DNA from: Planctomycetota bacterium
GTDB lineage: Bacteria; Planctomycetota; B15-G4
Direction of reading: 5' to 3'
NCBI GenBank assembly: GCA_038212275.1
Contig: JBBQUR010000012.1
Coordinates: forward strand, 93,115 to 157,114
Length of the DNA stretch: 64,000 bases
This document shows positions 45,595 through 54,178 of this stretch, piece after piece. The position numbers and the translations under genes were made by a program. Below the pieces are notes generated by a model, which saw only the letters and a program-made list of their open reading frames with translations, made no database searches and was not told the origin of the DNA. Numbering within the stretch: position 1 is the first letter of the stretch; every line of letters starts with the position of its first letter.

Positions 45595-47466
45595 CTATTG
45601 GATGTCGAAGCGGAACGCGTTGCTCACGTCGCCAAGGGCGTGGCCTTCGTGCTGGATGACGGCCTGCATGAGCAGAGAAAGCCCCGACAGACCTGCCACC
45701 TCCGGTAGCTTCGCCTCCACGACGGCCCCCCCTGCGGCGTCCAACGGGATCGCGATCAGCAGGGCGGGCGGGACGGGCGGCACCATGATCTGCAGCGACC
45801 CGGCCAGGGTCATGAGGTGCGCGTGGACGCCCAGGATGACCCACGCCAGCTTGCCCCCCGGGACGGACTCCACGTGCAGTGACAGCTGGCCGCCCGGGGC
45901 GGCCGGGTCAGGGGCGACCCACAGGCGTGCGTTCCAGGGCACGGAGTGCACGAGCACGTCCACGCTCCCGCCTCCGGGCACCGTGACCATCAGCGCGTCC
46001 GACAACGGGTCGGATTCCATGGGCTCCACGAGGCTCCCGTCGGCCGTCTGCAGCAGGTAGCTCGGCGGCGTGTCGAAGCCTTGCAGCCGGAGCACGAAGC
46101 CGGCCTTGTCCGCAGAACTCGCCTGCACGCGGAGCGGCCAGCGGCCCGCGAGTCCGGCCAGGCCGGCATCGACGGACACTTCGCTCGCGTTCTCGACGTC
46201 GTGCACCCACAGGCGCGGCTCGACGTCATCGAGGCCTCCGGAGAGGCGCGTGAAGGTCCCGGGCGTGCGCTGCGTGACCCCCGCGAAGGCGACGGCGCCG
46301 GTCTCTCCGAGCTGCGCGCTCCACTTCGCCGGGACGCGCGTCGCCGTGAGCGGCGCCAGCGTGTTCATCAGTTCCTCTTCATCCAGCACGGCCCAGCTGT
46401 GCGGAGCGCTCCCGCCCGTCTTCGGATTGAGAGTTCCCGACACGGGTCGCAGCGTGACGTCGTCGCCCCAGGTCGACAGCAGCTTGCCGAGTGTCTCGCT
46501 CTGGGCGGGGAGGTAGGTGAGCGTGTCCTTGAGGTCCCACGTGATGTAAACCGGCGTGCCGTGCAGGTTGCGGGCCATCGCCAGCAGGTCCAGGCAGACA
46601 CCCGGCGTCGGCGGGTAGGTGGTCGGGTCGAAGTAGAGATCGCTGCTGCGCTGGTACGCGAAGGGAACGGTCATCGGCGAGCCGCCGAAGTTCCAGGTGT
46701 TCTCCAGCCACGGCTGGACCGACTTGTCCTCGTGATAGGCCGTGGTCCAGTCGTAACTGCCGGAGACGAGGCCGACGCCCGCGATCATCAGGCCTTTCGG
46801 GTCGCGGTGTCGCGCGGCGAAGTTCGCCACGATGCCTGCGCCCATGGAGAAGCCCACCAGGTACACGCGATCGGGATCCACGGAGTACTTGTCGGAGATC
46901 CAGCGGATGGCGGCCTCGGCGTTCTGCTGCACCGCGGGCGCGCCGAACAACTTGTCGTCGATGCCGGTGACTGCGAGGTAGATCCAGCCCCACGAATCGC
47001 ACTGCTCATCGAGCGTGGTCTGCGCGGCGACGCTCTTCGCGGAGCTGCCGAAGCCGTGCCAGGCGACGAGCAGCGGACGCTTTCCACCCTTCTTGTAGTA
47101 GTCCGACGGCAACTGGTACTGGATGAGCTCGGACATGCCCGTGCCGGTGAGCGTGGCGGACACCCACGCATCCACGAGCGGGGGCGTGAGCACGGAGGTC
47201 GGCCCGTAGCCGGGCGGATACTCGTTCGAAGCGGGCGTCACTTCGTCACGATCCGTGAACAGCATCGTGTTGCGCGGAGACAACGCGAGGATCTTCGGCA
47301 GCTCGGGCAGGTCCACCACGGGCTTCGGCACGTCGCCCTTGGCGATGACGGTGACGCCGCTCTGTGCCGCGGCCGACGCGCTCACCGTCCATCCGGCCAG
47401 CAGCACCAGGAGGAGTGCACTCAACCCGGGTGCATGCGGAGTCTCGGCGGTCGGAGGGGCGCTCAT
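45595..47466 (-). CDS. secreted alpha/beta-hydrolase (esterase) paralog
   Basis: Start M54 of ORF 45595..47625; VAWHGFGSSAKS ... VYLVGFSMGAG; same architecture as downstream paralog. Confidence 0.65.
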   Translation of the reverse strand: MSAPPTAETPHAPGLSALLLVLLAGWTVSASAAAQSGVTVIAKGDVPKPVVDLPELPKILALSPRNTMLFTDRDEVTPASNEYPPGYGPTSVLTPPLVDAWVSATLTGTGMSELIQYQLPSDYYKKGGKRPLLVAWHGFGSSAKSVAAQTTLDEQCDSWGWIYLAVTGIDDKLFGAPAVQQNAEAAIRWISDKYSVDPDRVYLVGFSMGAGIVANFAARHRDPKGLMIAGVGLVSGSYDWTTAYHEDKSVQPWLENTWNFGGSPMTVPFAYQRSSDLYFDPTTYPPTPGVCLDLLAMARNLHGTPVYITWDLKDTLTYLPAQSETLGKLLSTWGDDVTLRPVSGTLNPKTGGSAPHSWAVLDEEELMNTLAPLTATRVPAKWSAQLGETGAVAFAGVTQRTPGTFTRLSGGLDDVEPRLWVHDVENASEVSVDAGLAGLAGRWPLRVQASSADKAGFVLRLQGFDTPPSYLLQTADGSLVEPMESDPLSDALMVTVPGGGSVDVLVHSVPWNARLWVAPDPAAPGGQLSLHVESVPGGKLAWVILGVHAHLMTLAGSLQIMVPPVPPALLIAIPLDAAGGAVVEAKLPEVAGLSGLSLLMQAVIQHEGHALGDVSNAFRFDIQ

Positions 47467-47509
47467 GGAAGCCTCTTCGGAGGATTCCGAGTTGCCGCTT
47501 GAGTCCCCG

Positions 47510-48736
47510 TCAACGGTCCTGCGAAAGCTTTGCCTGCAGCTTCTCGAGGCTCGGACGGATGCCCAGCTCGTCGGCGGGGTACAGCTCGAGGAGCGCCTCG
47601 TATTGTTCGATGGCGCGCTCGACATCGCCGGCTTCGGTGCCGAGTTCGTACATCTCGGCGAGCTGCAGGCGGGCGCGCGCGAGATCTTCCTTGTCGGTCG
47701 CGGACGCGACGATGCGTTGAAAGTCCGCGCGCGCCTCGTCCTTCTGGCCGAGCTTCAGCAGGAGCATGCCGAGGTTCTGGCGTGCCCGCGAGTAGTCCGG
47801 GTTCACGGCGAGCGATTTCTCGAACAACTCGCGAGCTTCGTTCCAGCGGCGCTCCTCGGTGCGGATGAAGCCGAGATTGTAGAACGCGCGTTCGTCGTCG
47901 TTCTTGAGCGAGAGCACGTGCATGAGGGCCTTCTCTGCCGTCGCACGAAGGCGCGCGTCCTTGCCCATCGACTGGTAGAGGTTCAGGTAGGCGGTGGCCA
48001 CGCCGTAGGCGGCTTCCGCGTCCGTCGGATCCGCAGCGAGACGCGCCTGGTAGCTGGAGAGAAAGTCGTGCAGCTTCGTGAGCCGCGTGGCGAGCTCCTC
48101 GTGCTGTGCCGCGTCGTCCGCCGCGGCCGGGCCGGCGCGCGCGCCGATCTGCGCAAGCGCATGGTGCGCTTCGGCTGCCTGTCGGCTGTAGGGGTCCTCG
48201 AGGAGATAGTCGCGGAAGCGTCGCGTGGCTTCCTCGTCCTTGTCGGACAGCAAGGCGCTGCGCCCGGCGACGAAGAGCACGATGGGATCGCGCCCCGCGA
48301 CGGCCAGCGCGCGGTCGAGATGCGGCGCGGCTTCCTTCAGCTGGCCGCTGTCAAGCAGCAGCTGGGCGAGGAGCGCATGCCCGCGGCCGTCGCCGGGGTG
48401 CGCGCGGAGCTGGCGCTCCCACGCTTCCCGCGCCTCGGGGACGCGGCCCAGTTCCGAGAGCGCCATCGCGCGCAGGTGATCGGCGCCGTCGGGCAGCAGC
48501 CCGCGCACCGCTCGCGCATCCAGCGCCTGCAGCGCGCGACGGGCGTCCTGCGCGGCCAGCGCGGCCGCCACGTCCGGCATCGCGGCCTCGACCGCCGAGG
48601 GTTCCCACGGCGTGACGGGTCCGGCATCCTCGCCGCAACCGGACAGCATCAGCGACGCGAGCAGCGCGACCGTGATGAGGCGACGCGCGAGCGCGCACAC
48701 TTGCGGAGTGTCATGGAGCCGGCCGCGGGTCATCAC
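47510..48736 (-). CDS. TPR-repeat lipoprotein
   Basis: Lipobox LMLSGC; several TPR-like helical pairs; start overlaps stop of upstream CRTAC1-like gene by 4 nt. Confidence 0.65.
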   Translation of the reverse strand: MMTRGRLHDTPQVCALARRLITVALLASLMLSGCGEDAGPVTPWEPSAVEAAMPDVAAALAAQDARRALQALDARAVRGLLPDGADHLRAMALSELGRVPEAREAWERQLRAHPGDGRGHALLAQLLLDSGQLKEAAPHLDRALAVAGRDPIVLFVAGRSALLSDKDEEATRRFRDYLLEDPYSRQAAEAHHALAQIGARAGPAAADDAAQHEELATRLTKLHDFLSSYQARLAADPTDAEAAYGVATAYLNLYQSMGKDARLRATAEKALMHVLSLKNDDERAFYNLGFIRTEERRWNEARELFEKSLAVNPDYSRARQNLGMLLLKLGQKDEARADFQRIVASATDKEDLARARLQLAEMYELGTEAGDVERAIEQYEALLELYPADELGIRPSLEKLQAKLSQDR

Positions 48737-50502
48737 GGCGCCAGCGCCGAGTGAAACGGACTGCGCTTCACGACGCCGCTGCCGCGCTGGACCACGACTT
48801 GCTCGCCGAACCGCAGCGTGGCGGCATCCAGGCTTTCCCGCTGGCCGCCCGGCCAGAGCACGCTGGCTGCGCGCACCTCGCCGTGGCCCGTGAGGTGCAG
48901 GCGCGCGTCGTTGCTCCCCTGGAACCCCGAGGAGGACACGGTCTGCGCAACGGCCACGCCGTCCTCGAGCTCGAGGCGCAGCGTTGCGCCGAGCACCGGC
49001 CCGTGCTCGTCGCGCAGCGTCACGAGGAGTTGTCGTTCCGGAGCATTGACGCCGTTGAGGTAGAGCCGAGGCGTGCCGTCCAGCGTCAGCGTGAGGAGGT
49101 CGAGGTCGCCATCGCCGTCGAGGTCGCCGCGCACCGAGGCGCGCCCGCGGTAATCGCCCGCATCGGGAAACACGTTGTCGGAGAAGCGGAGTCCCGGCCG
49201 CCCGTCGAGGAGCTGCTGCGGTTGCGCGTAGCGGCTTCCGGACGCCGGGTCATCCGCTTCCGGGTAGACGTGGCCATTGCTCACGTAGAGGTCCAGCCAG
49301 CCGTCCGCGTCGAAGTCCGCGAGGTTCACGCCCCAGCCGAGCATCGGGCGGCTGCTCTCCGCGAGCCCCGCCACGGCTGCCATGTCGCGGAAGAGCAGGC
49401 GGCCGTCGTTGCGGTAGAGGGAATTGCTCTCGTCCGAGAAGTTCGTCACCACGAGATCGAAGTCGCCGTCGCGGTCGATGTCGCCGAAGTCGACGCCCAT
49501 GCCGGCCTGGGCGCGTCCCGCAAGATCCGTCGCCGCGCCGGAGAGCGCGCTGCGATCCTCGAAGCTGCCGTCGCCGCGGTTGCGCAGCACGAAGTTGTCG
49601 ACGGAGTCATTGGCGACGTAAAGATCGGGCCAGCCGTCCGCATCGAGGTCCGCGAAGAGCACGCCGAGGCCGTATGCCGTGCCCGCCGCGCGTATGCCGC
49701 TGGTCTCGCTGGCGTCGCGGAAATGACCATCCGTGTCGGTGCCGAGCAGCAGCACGTCGGGCTGCGGCGGCAGGCCGTGCGGCCCGCACATCACCTGCAG
49801 TCCGTGAAAGGTGCACGGGACGTCGCCCACCTTGCCGAGCGGAGGGTTGGCAGGATCGATGTCGAGGTAGCGAGCCAGGTAGATGTCCAGCAGGCCGTCG
49901 CCGTTGGCGTCCGCAAGGGCGAGGCTCGTCGTCCAGTCGCGTGCCGAGGTGCGGCCCGGCAACGCCCGCTTCTCGAAGCGACAGCTGCCGCCGGGCTCCG
50001 TGCGGTTGAGGAAAAGAGCGTCCTCGCCGATGCCGCCGATGACGAGATCGGGCCGACCGTCCCGATCGATGTCGCCCACTGCGATGCCGGACGGCCAGCC
50101 CTCCATGACGAGGCCGGTGTCGCGCTGCCTCGCGAAGCGCGGGACGCCGTCCTTCACGCCCTCGTTGAGCAGCACGACGTGTTCGACGGTGTCGCCTGCC
50201 ACGACGCGTGCGCGTGTGCTTCCGTCCACGAGCACCACGTCCAGGTCGCCGTCACCGTCGAGGTCCACCAGCGCGGCGCCGGTGCCGTTCACCTCGAGAA
50301 TGGTCTGCTTGACCTCGGCGCTTCCGCCTCCGCAGAGCGGCACGTCGAGTCCGGCCTGCGCCGCGCACTCGCGCCAGGCGGGAGGCGGGGCACGGTCGCA
50401 GCCGCCGGCGATCGCGGCGAGCAGCGGGCCCGAGGCGACTCCTGCGCCGGCGATCAACGCGCGGCGGATCGTGACGGCGGACGTGCGGAGGGCGAACGGC
50501 AT
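48733..50502 (-). CDS. CRTAC1-family lipoprotein (FG-GAP/VCBS repeats plus ASPIC/UnbV-like C-terminus)
   Basis: Start MPFALRTSAV...IAGGC lipobox; repeated DxDxDGxxD (LDGDGDLDVVL, IDRDGRPDLV, ANGDGLLDIY, DADGWPDLYV, DRDGDFDLVV, DADGWLDLYV, LDGDGDLDLL). Confidence 0.75.
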   Translation of the reverse strand: MPFALRTSAVTIRRALIAGAGVASGPLLAAIAGGCDRAPPPAWRECAAQAGLDVPLCGGGSAEVKQTILEVNGTGAALVDLDGDGDLDVVLVDGSTRARVVAGDTVEHVVLLNEGVKDGVPRFARQRDTGLVMEGWPSGIAVGDIDRDGRPDLVIGGIGEDALFLNRTEPGGSCRFEKRALPGRTSARDWTTSLALADANGDGLLDIYLARYLDIDPANPPLGKVGDVPCTFHGLQVMCGPHGLPPQPDVLLLGTDTDGHFRDASETSGIRAAGTAYGLGVLFADLDADGWPDLYVANDSVDNFVLRNRGDGSFEDRSALSGAATDLAGRAQAGMGVDFGDIDRDGDFDLVVTNFSDESNSLYRNDGRLLFRDMAAVAGLAESSRPMLGWGVNLADFDADGWLDLYVSNGHVYPEADDPASGSRYAQPQQLLDGRPGLRFSDNVFPDAGDYRGRASVRGDLDGDGDLDLLTLTLDGTPRLYLNGVNAPERQLLVTLRDEHGPVLGATLRLELEDGVAVAQTVSSSGFQGSNDARLHLTGHGEVRAASVLWPGGQRESLDAATLRFGEQVVVQRGSGVVKRSPFHSALAP

Positions 50503-50586
50503 GCATCGCAGGATATAAGATCGCCTGCCTCGCGCGTCCGTCCTTCCGGCACGGCCGGCCTGCGAGGGCCCGTCCAGGAGAGCTCC

Positions 50587-51603
50587 TTGTTCGATCTTCG
50601 CAGCGATACGGTCACTCGCCCGACGCCCGCGATGCGCGAGGCGATGGCCTGCGCCGAGGTCGGCGACGACGTCTTCGGCGAGGACCCGACCGTCAACCGC
50701 CTGCAGGCCCGCGCGGCGGAACTCTTCGGCAAGCAGGCCGCGCTCTTCGTGCCGTCGGGCACGATGGGCAACCAGCTCTGCCTCGGTGCCCTGACGAGGC
50801 CGGGCGAAGAGATCATCGCGGAGTCGTCGGCGCACATCCTGCTCAACGAAGGCGGCTCCGCGTCGCGGCTGTGGGGTTGCCAGATCACGACGGTCTGCGG
50901 CACGGCCGGCGCGCCGTCTCTGGAGGATGTCGCCGCCGCGGTGCGCTCGCCGGACGTGCACCACCCCGTGACTTCCGTGCTCTCGCTCGAGAACACGCAC
51001 AACTACTCCGGCGGTTCCGTGCTGCCGCAGGTACACGTGGACGCGCTGGCTGCGCTCGGCCGGCGGCTCGGCCTCCGGCTGCACATGGACGGCGCGCGCG
51101 TGTTCAATGCGCAGGTCGCGAGCGGCGTCCCGGTGGCGCGCATCTGCCGCGACATGGACCTCGTGTCCGTCTGCCTGTCCAAGGGACTCGGCGCGCCGGT
51201 GGGTTCGCTGGTGGTGGGCAGCACCGAACTCGTCGCGACGTGCAGGCGTCTGCGCAAGGCGCTTGGCGGGGGCATGCGGCAGGCCGGCGTGCTCGCGGCT
51301 GCGGGCCTGCTGGCGCTGGAAGAGGGCCCTGCCTTGCTCGCCGCGGACCACCGACGTGCCGCCGCGCTCGCCCGCGAGCTGGCCGCGCTTCCAGGATGCG
51401 TGATCGACCCGGCCTCCGTGGCCACCAACATCGTCTTCGTCACGACACGCACGGACGCGAAGGCGGCGGAGGTCGCGCTGGCCGCGCGGGGCGTGCTGGC
51501 CATCGCGCTCGGGCAGACCCGGCTGCGCTTTGTCTTCCATCGCGATGTCGACGACGACGCGCTGACGGCCGCGACCGCGGCCTGCCGCGAGGTCTTCCGC
51601 TGA
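50587..51603 (+). CDS. ltaE: low-specificity L-threonine aldolase
   Basis: FDLRSDTVTRPTPAMREAMACAEVGDDVFGEDPTVNRLQARAAELFGKQAALFVPSGTMGNQ; TTG start at 50587 preceded by AGGAGA. Confidence 0.85.
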   Translation: MFDLRSDTVTRPTPAMREAMACAEVGDDVFGEDPTVNRLQARAAELFGKQAALFVPSGTMGNQLCLGALTRPGEEIIAESSAHILLNEGGSASRLWGCQITTVCGTAGAPSLEDVAAAVRSPDVHHPVTSVLSLENTHNYSGGSVLPQVHVDALAALGRRLGLRLHMDGARVFNAQVASGVPVARICRDMDLVSVCLSKGLGAPVGSLVVGSTELVATCRRLRKALGGGMRQAGVLAAAGLLALEEGPALLAADHRRAAALARELAALPGCVIDPASVATNIVFVTTRTDAKAAEVALAARGVLAIALGQTRLRFVFHRDVDDDALTAATAACREVFR

Positions 51604-51681
51604 GGTGCGGACGGCCCCCGGCGGGCGTCGTGCGTCCATCGCACGGACCGGGCCGTGCGGATTCGCAGCGCTCGCCGTCCG

Positions 51682-53334
51682 TCAGCCGCTGAGGTCGCGG
51701 CTGCAGTCCACGCGCAGGAAGAGGCGCCCGACGCACCAGACGCAGACGGCCGTGACCGTACCCAGCGCCATCAGCCCGACGAGGAAGGAGACGACGCTGC
51801 GCGCCTGCGTTCCGTCCACACCCAGCGATGGCAGGCCGAACCATGCGGCCGCGGCAAAGAGCCCTGTCACTGCGAGCGCCGCCCCGATGACGAGCATGAT
51901 GGCGAGCATCACCATGTAGAGGCGCAGCACGGTGGCGGCATCGGGCGTGCCGTGTTCTCCGCCCGGTCGCAACGGCGCCATCAGATGGGCGCCGTTCCAC
52001 ACGCTGAGCTGGAGCAGGTTGAACACCGGCAGCGCCACGTAGACACCGAGCAGGGCGAGCCGGTACTCCGGCGGGCACACGAAGAGCGACCAGCCTGAAA
52101 ACACGAGCTGGATCACGTAGAGCGCGAGTGCGGAGGCAAGCAGCTGGCCCGCGGCGAGCACGCCCGGCGGGGTGGGCAGCGTGCGCAACCATGGCAGGCA
52201 GTCGTAGTCCGAGCGGAAGTCGCAGCGCACGAACATCGGGCCGGAGACGACCAGCACACCCAGCATCGCGAGCCCGACGACGGCTGGCCCGGCCTTGTGC
52301 GTGAAGTGCACCGAGACGCCCGTCGCGACGGTCATCATCAGCAGCAGCGCGTAGGACTTGCGCGTTCGCAGCAGCACCGTGAGTTGACGCCAGCAGTGCA
52401 CGCCGGCGCCTCCGAGCTGCGGAAGCATCGGCAGCAGCGAACCGCCCACATGTTCTCTGGGGCCGTCGACGAACACGCGACCGTTGCGCACGGACTCCAG
52501 CGCCTTGGCCTGCACGAGGCTGGCCTTGTGCGCCGCCTCGCGCACATCGCCGCGAAAGCTCAGGATGCGCGCCGCGAGCGCTGCGAGAATCGCGAGCACG
52601 AGCGCCATCCCGACCCCGTATGGCAGCGAACCCGGAAGTTCACCGCCGCAGATCACCGTCGTGAAAGGGAGCATGGGGAGGATGGCATGTCGCAGCGAGG
52701 CGGTGCCGAGCAACGCGCGGCCGTCCTGAACCCATGCCAGCCCGACGGCGCCGACGAACAGCGCCACCATCGCGGCCAGCAACCAGCGCGCCCGGCGCCG
52801 CCGCGTCTCACCGGGCCAGCGCAGGCAGGTGAGGTCGACGCTCACCGGCATCAGCATCATGAATTGCAGGTAGAGGCCGTATCCCAGCGCGGTGGTCAGG
52901 AAGCCGGTGCCGGCGGGGCGCACGAACACCGCGAACATCAAGGCGCCCGACAACGACTTGGCGAGCACGCCGAGCATGTGCGTGAGCAGGAGCGCACGGG
53001 AGCTCACCGGGGCCGGGAACAGGAAGTGCACCTCTTCCGGCCGGAACACGATGACGCCCTGCCGCACGGCGGTCCAGGCCGAGAGCAGCGGCAGCAGCAG
53101 CAGGCAGACGCCGAGTTCGTTCAGCCCGAGTTTCGGAAGGCCGCGAGGCTGGCCCGCGATGTGCTCCGGCAGCAGCGCGACCGTCGTGATGCCGAACGCC
53201 ATCAGCAGGAAGAGCACGAGGCGCAGCGGCCGCTTGAGGTCACGGCAGAAGCTTCGCGCTCGCGCCTTCAGCCGCAGGCGCATCAGGGACAGGAGCGCGC
53301 CAAGCCCCGAAAAGGCAGCCTGCCGCCGGCTCAC
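51682..53334 (-). CDS. ABC exporter permease (multi-pass, putative-ABC-exporter family)
   Basis: About 12 hydrophobic helices; GTG start at 53334 overlaps ATPase TGA (GTGA); alternative ATG at 53283. Confidence 0.6.
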   Translation of the reverse strand: MSRRQAAFSGLGALLSLMRLRLKARARSFCRDLKRPLRLVLFLLMAFGITTVALLPEHIAGQPRGLPKLGLNELGVCLLLLPLLSAWTAVRQGVIVFRPEEVHFLFPAPVSSRALLLTHMLGVLAKSLSGALMFAVFVRPAGTGFLTTALGYGLYLQFMMLMPVSVDLTCLRWPGETRRRRARWLLAAMVALFVGAVGLAWVQDGRALLGTASLRHAILPMLPFTTVICGGELPGSLPYGVGMALVLAILAALAARILSFRGDVREAAHKASLVQAKALESVRNGRVFVDGPREHVGGSLLPMLPQLGGAGVHCWRQLTVLLRTRKSYALLLMMTVATGVSVHFTHKAGPAVVGLAMLGVLVVSGPMFVRCDFRSDYDCLPWLRTLPTPPGVLAAGQLLASALALYVIQLVFSGWSLFVCPPEYRLALLGVYVALPVFNLLQLSVWNGAHLMAPLRPGGEHGTPDAATVLRLYMVMLAIMLVIGAALAVTGLFAAAAWFGLPSLGVDGTQARSVVSFLVGLMALGTVTAVCVWCVGRLFLRVDCSRDLSG

Positions 53335-54059
53335 GCGGAAGCGGGACCGGCGTCGCCGGCTCCGGTGGCCCGCAGGAAGACCTCTTCGAGCGAGCCAAGG
53401 TTTCCCCGCACCTCGGCCAGCGTGCCCGCGAGTCGCACGCGCCCCTGGTGCAGGATCACGAAGCGATGACAGAGCCGCTCGATGATCTCGAGCTCGTGGC
53501 TGCTGACGAGGACGGCGCTGCCCGCCGCGGCGCGCGACGCGACGGCGTCGCACATGCTGCGCCGGCCGGGCGGGTCGAGGCCCGACAGCGGCTCATCGAG
53601 CAGCAGCGCCGCGGGCTCGTGCAGGAAGGCACAGGAGATGGCCAGCTTCTGGCGCATGCCACGCGAAAGGCTGGAGGCCGTGGCGCGGCGCTTCTCCGTG
53701 AGCTCGAACCTCTGGAGCAGCGCGTCGATGGCCGGGCCCGCGTCGCGCACGCCGTACAGCCTCGCGACGAAAAGCATGTGCTCGAGGACGGTGAGCTGCT
53801 CGAAGAGCATGGGCGTGTCGGGGACGAAGGCCAGCGCGGCGCGAGCCTCGATGCCGTCCGCGACCAGCGGGTGCCCGTCGATGACGATGCTCCCGGCATC
53901 GGGCTGCAGGATGCCGCAGAGCATGCGCAGGAGCGTGGTCTTGCCGGCCCCGTTCACGCCCACGAGGCCGACGATCTCGCCGCGTCCGACCTCGAGGTCC
54001 ACGCGGTCCACCGCCAGCAGCCTGTCGAAAGACTTCGTCAGGCCCGAGACCTCGATCAT
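53331..54059 (-). CDS. ABC transporter ATP-binding protein
   Basis: Walker A GVNGAGKTT, signature LSRGMRQKL, Walker B LLLDEPLSGLD. Confidence 0.85.
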   Translation of the reverse strand: MIEVSGLTKSFDRLLAVDRVDLEVGRGEIVGLVGVNGAGKTTLLRMLCGILQPDAGSIVIDGHPLVADGIEARAALAFVPDTPMLFEQLTVLEHMLFVARLYGVRDAGPAIDALLQRFELTEKRRATASSLSRGMRQKLAISCAFLHEPAALLLDEPLSGLDPPGRRSMCDAVASRAAAGSAVLVSSHELEIIERLCHRFVILHQGRVRLAGTLAEVRGNLGSLEEVFLRATGAGDAGPASA

Positions 54060-54178
54060 GCGGCGGATTGTAGGGTCGGCGCGTCACCGCGTCGACACGG
54101 TGGGGGTGATGGCGGCCCGCACCGGTCGCCGCTAGAGTGATCGGACTTTCCCGGCATTGAAAAGTCCGTGAGCCCGAG

